DNA of 64,000 nt from Deinococcota bacterium (GCA_041695225.1 JBGFRI010000045.1:1-64000); one strand, 5' to 3'. Shown: positions 48,549 through 58,631, counted from the first letter of the stretch. Translations and numbers: made by a program. The notes: generated by a model not told the origin, from the letters alone.

Positions 48549-48731
48549 GTCATTGCGACCCGGAGGCGTAGCCGAAGGAGCCTGCCCTGAGCCTGCCGAA
48601 GGGGAAGCAATCCAGATCACCCGGCAGCTGATGGGCTTTACGACCCCCTCCTGGATAGATTAATCATCCCCATTCTCGGCCACTCCATCACCTAGTCCAT
48701 TGCTTCGTCGGCCTTTGGCCTCCTCGCAATG
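48549..48731. repeat. Composite REP-like element with nested insert
   Basis: GTCATTGCGA..GAAGCAATCCAGATCAC..ATTGCTTCGTCGGCC..CTCGCAATG. Confidence 0.8.
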
Positions 48732-48748
48732 CCTGTTAGAGCAAAAAG

Positions 48749-48946
48749 TCAAGAGGTAGCGGAAGTGGGAGTCGAAGAGGATACAGCGAAATCAGGGAAA
48801 GCCAGTCTGGGGCCGTAGGGGGTATTGTGTTTGAGAAGGTGAAAGGCGATACGTAAGAGTTTGCGGGCGATGATAAGCAGGGACTCGACAGAGGGATGTC
48901 CTTGCTGGATGAGCTGGTGGTAATAGGCAGCGACCTCGGGGTAAGT
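48749..48946 (-). pseudogene. IS110-family transposase C-terminal remnant
   Basis: TYPEVAAYYHQLIQQGHPSVESLLIIARKLLRIAFHLLKHNTPY.., stop within CTTGAC. Confidence 0.65.
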
Positions 48947-49356
48947 TCATGGCTTATTCCGAGGTTCCTAGGACCACCAACTCCCTTGAGGGCGGAATGG
49001 AATAATCCCTCCAATCCTCGGCCACTCCATCCCCTAATCTATCAACGCCCCGATGGAGTAGGCTCTTTCATTTCTGGTTATGCTGTGGTCCTGTCCATCA
49101 AGCGCCTTTTACACCGCCACTCTGGGCTTAACCCTTATCGTCAGAAACTCGCTATCGCCTGGTGGATATTCTTCCGAAATAACCCCTGAGAATATCCTCA
49201 ATACTTCCTTTGACTCTCAATTGACCCGGTGCCGCCACACAGCGCGCTACGCTTTCGGGGAGCTTCTCGAGCAAATTTGGCGGTGCGCTAGGCAGATGGC
49301 AACGGCAGGGGGGCGAAAATCCTAAAGCTCAACTCCAGGCGCAAACTGCACTGTCT

Positions 49357-51720
49357 TCAGGGCCTGAGCTCAATCGTCCAGGACCGGCCCCAGTCGGCGG
49401 GTCGGGTGCTCAGGGGTATGGTCTGGTTGTCGCGCCAGAGCCACAAAAGATTGTCGTAGTGGCTGCTAAACACGTCGGAAGACTGTCCCATGGGATAGAT
49501 AATCCGGCTGTTGTCGAGGTCAGATAGGTCGAAAAGCGTGCGCAGGCTGACCCCGGAGGTGTGGAGGAAGGTGTCCTGGTTATAGTTGGCTACGTTGACC
49601 GTGTGCATCGAGCCAGGGGTAGGAATGGTGCGGTTAAACAGGCCCCCGATCAGCGGCGTGGATGCCAGAGGGGAATTAAGAGCGGCCTGGTGTAGTCTTT
49701 CCCAGCGCCACTGGGCCGGGTCGGGGCCCAGGCGGCGGTTTAGTTCGGCCCCAGCTCTTTCCAGGGCCTGGGCCATAAACTGGGCGCAGTTCTGGATACC
49801 CGCCTGGGCATTTTTGCACCAGCGCCCATCCTCTCGCAGGGTCCTGACAAAGGCGTAGGGCACCGGCGGGTAGCGCAGCTTTAGTTCATCCTCCAGCATG
49901 GTGGAAATCTCGCGGTAATAGAAGGCAAAGGCCGTGGCGCCCACCGAGTCCAGCTCGGCCCGCAAATCCCACCCCCGCACTGCATCCTGCAGGCGCCGCG
50001 CCGCCTCACTCTGGGGTTGCAGGGCCAGCAGGCCGGGCCGCATCTCCCGGGCTATTATCGAATAGGTGTCCCCTTGCCAGCGGGCCATGTCCTGAAGGCT
50101 GGCCCTGGGCGTGGCCAGAATCAGCTCACGGATGCGCTGGGCGCGGAAAACCTCGGTGGTGAAGGTAGAGATGTCGGGCCCACCATGTGGCAAGACCCGG
50201 TTATTGGCGCTGGATATAAAGCCCTCGCGGGGGTTTTCTACCTGTGGCAGCCGCTCGAATGGAAGGTATCCTGCCCACTCGTGGCCCTGGCTGGCAGAGG
50301 CCGGCAGGCGACCATTCCAGTTTCGCCGGGGAACCCAGCCAGGGGCAAAAAGGCCGATGTTGCCGTCTAGGTCGGCATAGACAAAGTTTTGCATGGGGGC
50401 CACAAAGCTACGCAAGGCCTCGCGGAACTCCGCGGCGTTGCGTGCCCGGTTAATCCCCAGCCAGGCGTCGAGGGTGACATCCTGCGGGTCAAGGCCAGTC
50501 CAGCGCACTGCAACCGCCTGGTTTTCGCCCGCGATGGCCGCGCCAGAGGTTAGGCCAGGCCGCAAAAATGCCCTGCCCAGGTCGGAAATTACTGGCCCAT
50601 GATGGCTCTCGCGCACGGTTATGGTGACTGGCTCGGCGCCCCGCACCCGGATTACCTCCTGCCGCAGACCTAACGGCATCAGGCCCTGGGGCGTACGGTA
50701 AGACTGGCCCTGCAGATCGAGCACAAACAGATCCATCACATCGGGCCGAACGTTGGTAGCTCCCCAGGCCACCCGATCGTTGCGCCCCAGAAACACGCCT
50801 GGAATCCCCGGAATTGTGGCCCCTATGGCGCTATAGCTGGGGCCGCGCAGGTCGGCGATGTACCACAAGGATGGGTTTTGCAGGCGCAGGTGGGGGTCGT
50901 TGGCCAGCATGGGCTTGCCAGTGGTGGTGCGCGCGCCACTCAAAACCCAGTTGTTCGAGCCCTGATCGGGGCTCTGGGGAGCAAAGCTCAGCCGCTGGGA
51001 AAACCCAGCGACCTGTTGCAGCGCTGCCAGCATCTCCTGGGACAATGCAGCCTGAATAGGCGGCCCACCGCCCACTGCCCGCTCGTCTGCACTGCGGAAG
51101 TCTTCGGGCTGTAGCACCGTGGGCCAGCCCTGCGGATACTCACCCCGCAGATCGTTGAGGCCTTCTGGCCCAACTGTGCGCAGGATAAAGGTGTTGTCAA
51201 TTTCATCTTGCCAGACCTGGCCCAGCTCGTAGGACTGGAGCTTGCCCCAGGCCAGGGTGTGGCTGGGCGTCCAGGGCTCGGGGCTGAAACCCAGCAAAGC
51301 AAATGGCAGCGGCAGGCTGCCTTCACGGATGAACTGGTTGACCCCTGCGGCATAGGCTTCCAGAGCGCGGCGGGTGAACTCGGCGTGGTTGGGCAGTGAT
51401 GCCTGGGCAGCGCGGTAGAAGCCCCAGGTACGAAAGAAGCGATCTTGATTTAGGGCCCCGCTCCCCAGAATTTCCGACAGCCGGCCCTGTGCGGCGCGGC
51501 GGCCAAGCTCCATCTGGAAAAGGCGATCTCGGGCGTGTACATACCCTTGGGCAAAAAACACATCCATATCGCTGTCAAGAGCCCGGATATGCGGAATACC
51601 CCATTGGTCAAAGGTAATGCTTACTGCCCCCGAAAGCCCCTGTACCTGTCGAACCTGTGTTGCGGGTACACAAGATACCAGCACCGCTAGCCCCAGGACC
51701 ACCACCAGAAACCTACCCAT
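49357..51720 (-). CDS. Penicillin acylase / AHL-acylase family Ntn hydrolase, lipoprotein
   Basis: Lipobox LVSC; WGIPHI, DRLFQME, GSNNW nucleophile, ANDPHL, SANN, GQS. Confidence 0.93.
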   Translation of the reverse strand: MGRFLVVVLGLAVLVSCVPATQVRQVQGLSGAVSITFDQWGIPHIRALDSDMDVFFAQGYVHARDRLFQMELGRRAAQGRLSEILGSGALNQDRFFRTWGFYRAAQASLPNHAEFTRRALEAYAAGVNQFIREGSLPLPFALLGFSPEPWTPSHTLAWGKLQSYELGQVWQDEIDNTFILRTVGPEGLNDLRGEYPQGWPTVLQPEDFRSADERAVGGGPPIQAALSQEMLAALQQVAGFSQRLSFAPQSPDQGSNNWVLSGARTTTGKPMLANDPHLRLQNPSLWYIADLRGPSYSAIGATIPGIPGVFLGRNDRVAWGATNVRPDVMDLFVLDLQGQSYRTPQGLMPLGLRQEVIRVRGAEPVTITVRESHHGPVISDLGRAFLRPGLTSGAAIAGENQAVAVRWTGLDPQDVTLDAWLGINRARNAAEFREALRSFVAPMQNFVYADLDGNIGLFAPGWVPRRNWNGRLPASASQGHEWAGYLPFERLPQVENPREGFISSANNRVLPHGGPDISTFTTEVFRAQRIRELILATPRASLQDMARWQGDTYSIIAREMRPGLLALQPQSEAARRLQDAVRGWDLRAELDSVGATAFAFYYREISTMLEDELKLRYPPVPYAFVRTLREDGRWCKNAQAGIQNCAQFMAQALERAGAELNRRLGPDPAQWRWERLHQAALNSPLASTPLIGGLFNRTIPTPGSMHTVNVANYNQDTFLHTSGVSLRTLFDLSDLDNSRIIYPMGQSSDVFSSHYDNLLWLWRDNQTIPLSTRPADWGRSWTIELRP

Positions 51721-51782
51721 CCAAAGCCCTCCTGCTTGCCTTTACTCTAAGGGTTCGGGAGCGGAACATACGGTGCTCTGAC

Positions 51783-53270
51783 TCAAAGGCCCGCCTTGAC
51801 CACCCCTGCGGCAGTCAAGTGTTGGATTTGCTCTGGGGTGTAGCCCAGTACCCCACCCAACACGGCTGCGGTATGTTCGCCCAGCAGAGGGGGATGGGAT
51901 CGAATCTGCGCGGGGGTGCGGGATAGGTGGGCCAGGGGAGAGCCCACCAGGGGAATGCGGCCCAGGGTGGGGTGCGCGATCTCCTGGCGCATTCCTCTGG
52001 CCTGGGCCTGGGGCTCGGCAAAGGCCTCGGCCAGGTTGTTGACCGGGGTGACCGGAACCCCGGCCTGGCTGAAGCGCTCGAGCCAGTAGCGGCGGGGCTT
52101 TTGGCGCAGAATGGCCTCGAGCCTGGGCAGCAGCTCGGCCCGCAGACCCACCCGGCCCGCATTGGTCTGGAAGCGCACGTCCTCCCAGAGCTCGAGGCAG
52201 CCGGCCGCCTCACAGAAGCGACGGTACTGCTCGTCGTTGCCAATGGTCAGCATGAACCAGCCGTCTGCGGCCTCAAACGCACCATAAGGGACGATCTGCG
52301 GGTGGGCGTTCCCCAGCCGTTCGGGCAGCTTCTGGGTGACCAGGTAGCTCTGGGCCAGGTTGACCATCGCGGCCAGCCCTACGTCGAACAGAGCCAGATC
52401 CAGGTGCTGGCCGAGCTCACTTTGCGCCCGTTCGTGCAGCGCTGCCAGAACCGCAATGGCCCCGTTCATCCCGGTCATCAGGTCAATCCAGGCCACCGGA
52501 ACCCGCATGGGCTGCCCCTCTGGCTCCCCCGTGACCGACATGATGCCCACCAGCCCCTGCACCGCCACATCGTAGCCCGGCTCCTTCGCACGGGGGCCAG
52601 TATGCCCGTAGCCGGTGATAGACAGGAAAATGAGCTGGGGGTTCAGCTCCCGTAGGGTGGCATAATCCAGCCCATAACGCGCCAAGTCGCCGGTCTTGTA
52701 GTTCTCCACCAGCACGTCGGCCTGTCGGGCCAGGTCTTGTACAATTTTCTGACCTCTGGGGTCTTTGAGGTTGACCACCACACTCATTTTTCCCCGGTTG
52801 CAGGAGAGGTAGTAAGCACTCTCGCCCTCTGGGCCAGGCTCCCACCCGGCCCCCCTAGCCCCCGAGGCAGACAGCCTTGGATCCCCTTCGCCTTCTGCCG
52901 CCAGGGGAGAAGATATGCCTTGATTGATGGAGCCTGCCCCCTCAACCCCCCAACCCGATGCAAGCAACCTCCGCTCCGCTTCGCCTTCTCCCGCCAGGGG
53001 AGGAGATATGCCTTGATTGGCGGGGCCTGCCCCCTCAACCCCCCAACCCGATGCAAGCAACCTCCGCTCCGCTTCGCCTTCTCCCACCAGCGGAGAAGGA
53101 GGTGGCTGATGTTCTGACACGAAGGGGGGGCCCCAGGTGCGGGTGTCATCGCCCTTGGGCGGCTCAATTTTCCAGACCTCGGCCCCAAGGTCGGCAAGTA
53201 TCTGGGTACAGTAGGGCCCAGCCAGAATACGCGAAAGGTCGAGAACCCTGAGACCTTTTAGGGCAGCCAT
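51783..53270 (-). CDS. CaiB/BaiF family III CoA-transferase with an in-frame repeat insertion
   Basis: RVLDLSRILAGP, GDDTRTWGPPF, NRGK, ADVLVEN, GYD; insertion of about 96 aa. Confidence 0.92.
   Translation of the reverse strand: MAALKGLRVLDLSRILAGPYCTQILADLGAEVWKIEPPKGDDTRTWGPPFVSEHQPPPSPLVGEGEAERRLLASGWGVEGAGPANQGISPPLAGEGEAERRLLASGWGVEGAGSINQGISSPLAAEGEGDPRLSASGARGAGWEPGPEGESAYYLSCNRGKMSVVVNLKDPRGQKIVQDLARQADVLVENYKTGDLARYGLDYATLRELNPQLIFLSITGYGHTGPRAKEPGYDVAVQGLVGIMSVTGEPEGQPMRVPVAWIDLMTGMNGAIAVLAALHERAQSELGQHLDLALFDVGLAAMVNLAQSYLVTQKLPERLGNAHPQIVPYGAFEAADGWFMLTIGNDEQYRRFCEAAGCLELWEDVRFQTNAGRVGLRAELLPRLEAILRQKPRRYWLERFSQAGVPVTPVNNLAEAFAEPQAQARGMRQEIAHPTLGRIPLVGSPLAHLSRTPAQIRSHPPLLGEHTAAVLGGVLGYTPEQIQHLTAAGVVKAGL
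52830..53117 (-). repeat. In-frame 93-bp-period palindromic tandem repeat
   Basis: TTCGCCTTCT at 52887, 52980, 53073; hairpin CCTTCTCC-N7-GGAGAAGG. Confidence 0.9.
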
Positions 53271-53362
53271 GCTCCAAATACTATCGTGCCCCTGGGCGCT
53301 CGGTGGGGCATGCGGTCGGTCTATTTGCTGTTATTGTCGTCTGTCCCGGTACAATCGGTGGC

Positions 53363-54367
53363 ATGAAGATTCTTGTTACTGGCGGAGCAGGTTATATTGG
53401 CAGCACCGTCGCCAACGCACTTCTCGACACAGGTCATGTGCCAGTACTGCTGGACTCTCTGGTGACGGGACAACGGGCCTTCACCCAGGGCAAGGTCTTT
53501 TACCAGGGCGACATCGCCGACCGTGGCTTGCTCGAGCGCATCTTCCATGAACACCCCGAGATCCACAGCACCGTCCACTGTGCGGCCCTGATTGTGGTGC
53601 CGGAGTCGGTAGAGCAGCCTTACCGCTACTACCTCGAGAACGTCTGCAAGAGTCTGGAGTTCTTCAAAAACGTAGAGGAACTGGGCTATCCTAGGGTGGT
53701 CTTCAGTTCCTCGGCCTCCATCTACGATGCCGTACCGGGCTTCAAGGTGACAGAAGCATCGCCGCTCAAACCCAGCTCGCCCTATGCCCGTACCAAATAC
53801 ATGATGGAGATGGTGTTAGAAGACCTGTCCAGAGCCACCACGCTTCGAGGTATTGCGCTGCGCTACTTCAATCCCATCGGGGCCGACCCCAGGATGCGCT
53901 CCGGCATACATGTGCTCGATCCCAGCCATGTGCTGGGAAAGATGGTAGACGTAGCGCTGGGCAAGCTGCGGGAGTTTGCCATTACCGGGGTGGACTGGCC
54001 CACCCGCGACGGCTCGGGCATCCGCGACTATATCCATGTCTGGGACCTGGCCATGGCCCATGTGAAAGCAGTAGAACAGTTTGACGCGGTTCTGCAAAAA
54101 ACCGCAAGTTCTTATACGGTAATCAACCTGGGTACTGGCAGTGGCGTTACTGTAAAAGAGCTGTTAGCAGCTTTTGAACGCGTTTACGGGCAGCGCCTCC
54201 CCACACGCGAGGCCCCACCCCGTCCGGGCGATGTGGCGGGGGCCTATGCCAACGCCGACCGGGCCCTGGAGCTGCTGGGCTGGAAGGCCGAGCATTCGAT
54301 TGACCAGGGGATTGCGAGTGCGCTCGAGTGGGGCCACAAACGCAAGGAAATTCTCGGTTATACATAG
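53363..54367 (+). CDS. galE: UDP-glucose 4-epimerase
   Basis: TGGAGYIGS, FSSSA, YARTK, LRYFNPIGA, RDYIHVWDLA; TACAAT-N7-ATG. Confidence 0.93.
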   Translation: MKILVTGGAGYIGSTVANALLDTGHVPVLLDSLVTGQRAFTQGKVFYQGDIADRGLLERIFHEHPEIHSTVHCAALIVVPESVEQPYRYYLENVCKSLEFFKNVEELGYPRVVFSSSASIYDAVPGFKVTEASPLKPSSPYARTKYMMEMVLEDLSRATTLRGIALRYFNPIGADPRMRSGIHVLDPSHVLGKMVDVALGKLREFAITGVDWPTRDGSGIRDYIHVWDLAMAHVKAVEQFDAVLQKTASSYTVINLGTGSGVTVKELLAAFERVYGQRLPTREAPPRPGDVAGAYANADRALELLGWKAEHSIDQGIASALEWGHKRKEILGYT

Positions 54368-54384
54368 AAGCTACAATCAAAGCT

Positions 54385-55215
54385 GTGCAGGCCCTCCCTC
54401 ACCCCCACATTCCCCTGCAAGCTTCCGATGGATCGGTGCTGCGGGCCAGGGCCATGCAGGAGTACCTGCTGGCCCTGCGCTCGGCCCTGACACGCTATAC
54501 CGAGGTTCCCCCAGTGCATTTGATGGTGCTGGGCGAGGCCGACTGGAAGGCCCGCATCAGGCACCCCTATGGCTTTCCCTTTCAGCGCACCAGCCTTAAG
54601 GAGGGCCTCTATTTGTTCTTGCCCGCCCGCTACCCCGAACGCTTCGTCTGGCGGCTGCGCGAGACCCTGGTTCCTGCCATCAAAAAGGCTGGAAGACCGC
54701 CTGGTCAGCCAGGCGACTTCCTGGACCTGAACCTGGGGCACGAGTACGCCCACGCGGTGGCGGTAGCCTGGAAGCTGCGTACGCGCACCAAGTGGGTAGA
54801 CGAGTTTCTGGCCAACTACCTTTATCTTCTGGCGCTATACCAGGCCCTGCCAGAGCTATACCCAAAAGCAAAGCAGTGGGGCATTCTGCTGGCGCATCTG
54901 GTTCCCAGCGAACCCAGCCTGGGAAGCTACGAGACCAAACCCAAGGGGCTTTTGGACCAGCTATGGTTTCAGGGGCAGTTCACCACCCAGGCAGCGCGCC
55001 TGGTGGAGGAAAAAGGAGATACCTTGTTACAGGGCCTGCTACAAGCTGCCCCGCTCAAAAAGTCTACCGTTCACAAACTACTGGTGGGCCTCGAGCCCGA
55101 TCTGCGTAACTGGTTTGCCAGTTTTGCTTCCAGGAAAAACCTTTCCCGCAAAGTCCTGGACGGTAGCTCTGGGTGGGACGAGTTGGGGATTGGGGCCAAT
55201 TCCGTAGCGAATTGA
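54385..55215 (+). CDS. Hypothetical protein with HExxH..E zinc-binding motif
   Basis: LGHEYAH ... WVDEFLANY; TACAAT-N7-GTG. Confidence 0.7.
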   Translation: MQALPHPHIPLQASDGSVLRARAMQEYLLALRSALTRYTEVPPVHLMVLGEADWKARIRHPYGFPFQRTSLKEGLYLFLPARYPERFVWRLRETLVPAIKKAGRPPGQPGDFLDLNLGHEYAHAVAVAWKLRTRTKWVDEFLANYLYLLALYQALPELYPKAKQWGILLAHLVPSEPSLGSYETKPKGLLDQLWFQGQFTTQAARLVEEKGDTLLQGLLQAAPLKKSTVHKLLVGLEPDLRNWFASFASRKNLSRKVLDGSSGWDELGIGANSVAN

Positions 55216-55371
55216 CCAGAGGCTGATGAAAGCACCTGGCCAAACCTTAGCCAGACTCGTTTACGCCATTGCGCTTGAACGAGAAAGCTCACTGGCAGGT
55301 CACTGGGGTCTTCTACCCAGGGCAGAGCGAAGCTGGGCCACACCCCGCATCTCTCCTTAGCTATACAGAGC

Positions 55372-55532
55372 CTTGCCCTGAGCCCGTCGAAGGGGCAGTT
55401 GAAGAGATGCGAATGATTAATCAATCCAGGAGTGCATAAACGCAACTTGACCGCCGGGGTGATCTGGATTGCTTCCCCTTAGGCTATGCCTCCGGATCTT
55501 CGCTGCGAATTGCCCTAAGTTTATCGAAGGGT
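55372..55532. repeat. REP-like modules
   Basis: TTGCCCTGAGCCCGTCGAAGGG and GTGATCTGGATTGCTTCCCC copies. Confidence 0.7.
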
Positions 55533-55737
55533 TCAGCAGTGCAGCAAGTTTGCAGTATGGCTGTACGATTTATGCCTTGAACATTTGCGTAGGCCCTGCA
55601 ACGCAAATCGGGTCAGATGGCCAGAAATGGCAGTAGGGCCTATTCGTGGGCTCAACTGTTACCACCTGCCTGCTAGCCCCTGGCGTGCACCTTCCAGCAA
55701 AAGATTTTCCTGGGCCGTTATTGTATGCTATTTCGCG

Positions 55738-55767
55738 TTGACATGCGCCCTGGGGAGTCGCTATGAT
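55738..55767 (+). promoter_or_regulatory. Probable V/A-ATPase operon promoter
   Basis: TTGACA-N18-TATGAT. Confidence 0.6.
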
Positions 55768-55856
55768 TCTTGGGGTTCATTTTTTGAGTAAGTTTTCACT
55801 TGCTCTCTTTCAGGCTGTACAAGAGTCGCGTGGGCGGTACCAAGAAAGGAGGTAAC

Positions 55857-56171
55857 ATGACCGGATCAGGACTAATCAAGAGCCTGGCAGAGCGTGAGCA
55901 AGCGCTGGCAAAGCAACTTGACGAAGCTAAACAAGCTGCCGAAGCCAGGGTTAAGGAAGCCGAGGCCAAGGCCTCCCAGATTCTGGTAGAAGCGGAGCAG
56001 AGTGTGCGGGACCTGGAAGTACAGTTCCGATCACGCACTGCTGAAGCAGTTGCCAGAATCGAGGGTGAGGCCAGGGCCAGGGCCGAAGCCGAGGCTAAGA
56101 CCATTGGCGAGGCAGCAAGGGCCAGGGTGACCGAGGCGGTGCAGGCGGTGCTGAGGGAGGTTTTACCTTGA
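55857..56171 (+). CDS. V/A-type ATP synthase subunit G (peripheral stalk)
   Basis: SD AGGAGG; GLIKSLAERE Ala/Glu coiled coil ending VLP; first gene of the operon. Confidence 0.9.
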   Translation: MTGSGLIKSLAEREQALAKQLDEAKQAAEARVKEAEAKASQILVEAEQSVRDLEVQFRSRTAEAVARIEGEARARAEAEAKTIGEAARARVTEAVQAVLREVLP

Positions 56172-58195
56172 TAGCTCCCATGGAAAAGCTGATCGTGGCC
56201 GGTCCCAAGCGGCTGGCCAGGGAGCTCTTGAGCGAACTGCAAAAGGCCGGGGTGGTACATGTTGACCCCCTGCGACCCGACGAGTTGGGCGAGTACCGGC
56301 TTTCCCCAACCGAAGAGGTGGAGCTCAAACGCTGGGAGACGGTAGCGTTGCAGGTCGAGCAGTCGCTGACAGTGGTAGGTCTGACAGCAGTCGCCCCAGG
56401 GAGGCTGTTTGGAGGTTCTTTGGAGGAAGCCGAAGCCACCATCCGACCTGTTGCCAGCCGGGCCGAGGTCTTGGGCAAGGAGCGGGCGACCCTCGAGGAA
56501 GAAATTCAGACCATCGAGTTATTTGGCAAGGCTGCTAGCACACTGGCGGCACTGGTACAGGGGTTGGATCAGAGCCCCCGTCTGGCCGTGATTCCGTTTC
56601 TGGTTTCTAAACCGGAGGAATTAGCAGGTGTGCGTGCTGCCCTGCAGCAGGCCCTGGGTGACCGTTTTGTGCTAGACGCCGAAGCCCTGGACAACCAGGT
56701 GGCGGCAGCGGTGGTGGTCTTGAGGGGAGAGCTCGAGGCCGCCCGCACTACGCTGTTGCGGCTGGGGCTGGCCGAGCTTCGCTTTCCCGGAGCCTATGGA
56801 GCCATGCCGCTTTACCAGGCCGCAGCCCAGATGAGCCAGCGGGCCAGGCTGGCCCCCGAAGAGCTGTTAGGTATCCGCGAGGAGCTAAGCAAGCTGGCAA
56901 AAGAGTCTCAGGAGACCCTTATTGCCCTGTGGGCCAGAGCCAAGGACGAGATCGCTCGCTACCGTACTAGCGCCGATATGGCCGCCGGAAAGTACGGCAT
57001 TGCGCTAATGGGATGGGTTCCCCAGAAAGCCAAAGGGCGTGTAGAGGAGGCGCTGGGCCGGCTGCGCGACCAGATTGTATATACCTTTGAGCCGGTAGAC
57101 GAGCATCACGAGGGCCACCAGGTGCCCGTAACCCTGGAAAACCCGCCTTGGGCTCGACCATTCGAGCTGACTCATACCTTTCTCCACACCCCTTCGTATG
57201 GTGGATACGACCCCACCGTGATGATTGCCCTGTTCTTCCCGCTGTTTTTTGGGATTGTGGTGGGAGATGTCGGGTTTGGTCTGATCTTCCTGTGGTTCGC
57301 GTTATGGTTGGCGGCAAAGGCGCGACGCGGTGAGACCCTGAAGATTGAGTTTCTGGCAGCGGCATTTGGGCCAGATACACTGGGAAAACTTGCTGTAGTC
57401 GGCAAATGGGCTTCGGCCTGGGCCATCATCTGGGGTGTTCTATACGGTGAGTTTTTCGGCACCTTCTTCAAGATGCTGCAGCTGCCAGGGGTTTTTGGCC
57501 TTCCCGATGGCTGGCGGCTTTTTTATGCGATTGGCCCACACTTTGACCCGGCGGAGTACTTCGGTCTGATTCCGGTGCTGGTCAATCGCCTGGACATACC
57601 TCATACCTATGCTGCGCTAATGGTTTTTGTCATTGCCTTTGGGGTTTTCCAGGTGCTCTATGCTTTTTATCTGCGAATGCGCCTGGGCCTCAAACACGGG
57701 CACATGAAGCACTTCTGGGAGGGATTTGGTTATTTCTTCGGACTAATTGGTCTAGTGGCCATCACCTATAACTTCATGACTCAGGCCAACCTGCAAGTTT
57801 TAAATCTGGTGTTTATTGTCGGTATGGCGTTGTTCATCGTGGGGCTGGTGATGTCCAGGGAAATTCTAATGATAGCCGAGCTGGCCGGTAAAGGCGGCCA
57901 GATGCTCAGTTACATCCGTCTTTATGCGGTGGGCCTGGCCGGGGCGTTGCTGGCCATGCTGGTTAATCAGCTGGGCTTTGCCATGGCCGAGCAGTGGGGC
58001 TTTGTGGGTGCATTGTTTGGCCTGATTGTTGGTATTATTCTGCTGACCCTCATTTTTGTGGTCACTACCCTGGGGCATGTAATGCAGCCTATGCGTCTTT
58101 TGTGGATTGAACTCTCTACCAACTTTGGCTTTTTTGAGGAGACCGGGAGGCAGTACAGGCCCTTTAAATCGGTTCAAGCTAGTCAACCCCGTTAG
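56168..58195 (+). CDS. atpI: V/A-type ATP synthase subunit I
   Basis: MIAPMEKL, YDPT..FFG..GDVGFG, LSYIRLYAVGLA, RLLWIE. Confidence 0.95.
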   Translation: MIAPMEKLIVAGPKRLARELLSELQKAGVVHVDPLRPDELGEYRLSPTEEVELKRWETVALQVEQSLTVVGLTAVAPGRLFGGSLEEAEATIRPVASRAEVLGKERATLEEEIQTIELFGKAASTLAALVQGLDQSPRLAVIPFLVSKPEELAGVRAALQQALGDRFVLDAEALDNQVAAAVVVLRGELEAARTTLLRLGLAELRFPGAYGAMPLYQAAAQMSQRARLAPEELLGIREELSKLAKESQETLIALWARAKDEIARYRTSADMAAGKYGIALMGWVPQKAKGRVEEALGRLRDQIVYTFEPVDEHHEGHQVPVTLENPPWARPFELTHTFLHTPSYGGYDPTVMIALFFPLFFGIVVGDVGFGLIFLWFALWLAAKARRGETLKIEFLAAAFGPDTLGKLAVVGKWASAWAIIWGVLYGEFFGTFFKMLQLPGVFGLPDGWRLFYAIGPHFDPAEYFGLIPVLVNRLDIPHTYAALMVFVIAFGVFQVLYAFYLRMRLGLKHGHMKHFWEGFGYFFGLIGLVAITYNFMTQANLQVLNLVFIVGMALFIVGLVMSREILMIAELAGKGGQMLSYIRLYAVGLAGALLAMLVNQLGFAMAEQWGFVGALFGLIVGIILLTLIFVVTTLGHVMQPMRLLWIELSTNFGFFEETGRQYRPFKSVQASQPR

Positions 58196-58268
58196 GATCA
58201 CGGTCATCTGTACCAACCTCGTCCATAACGTGCTTACTGCACATGGAGCAAAGTAAAGGAGAAAACAC

Positions 58269-58556
58269 ATGAAGAGCGTTAAAATTGCCAAGCTTCTGCT
58301 GATCGTCGCCATCACCGTTCTGGCCACCATAGCTTTTGCCGCCGAAGCAGGTACAATCTCGCTGGTTCCCCTGGCTCAGGCGCTCGTAATCGGCATAGGT
58401 CTGCTGGCTACTGGGCTGGCCCAGACGGCAATTGGTGTGGCGGCTATTGGTGCGGTAGCAGAAGACCGCCGCAACTTTGGTACGTCGCTTATCTTCTTCC
58501 TGATCCCTGAAACGCTGGCTATTTTCGGTCTGGCCTTCTCCTTCATGATCGGATAG
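58269..58556 (+). CDS. atpK: V/A-type ATP synthase proteolipid (K/L)
   Basis: Signal-like N-terminus; GAVAED..IPETLAIFG with the conserved Glu. Confidence 0.93.
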   Translation: MKSVKIAKLLLIVAITVLATIAFAAEAGTISLVPLAQALVIGIGLLATGLAQTAIGVAAIGAVAEDRRNFGTSLIFFLIPETLAIFGLAFSFMIG

Positions 58557-58631
58557 TCAGCGGACAAGCCGACTGTCATAGCCTGAGCCATCGGAGCCAC
58601 TGCTTCTGGGCCAAGGGCTCACAGGAGCCAA

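Noticed and set aside
55784..55801. Rex-like operator before the atp operon
   Set aside because: Too many mismatches to TTGTGAA-N4-TTCACAA
58269..58556. Na+-coupled ATPase, suggested by Q..ET residues
   Set aside because: The same residues occur in the H+-coupled T. thermophilus proteolipid, so they are not diagnostic
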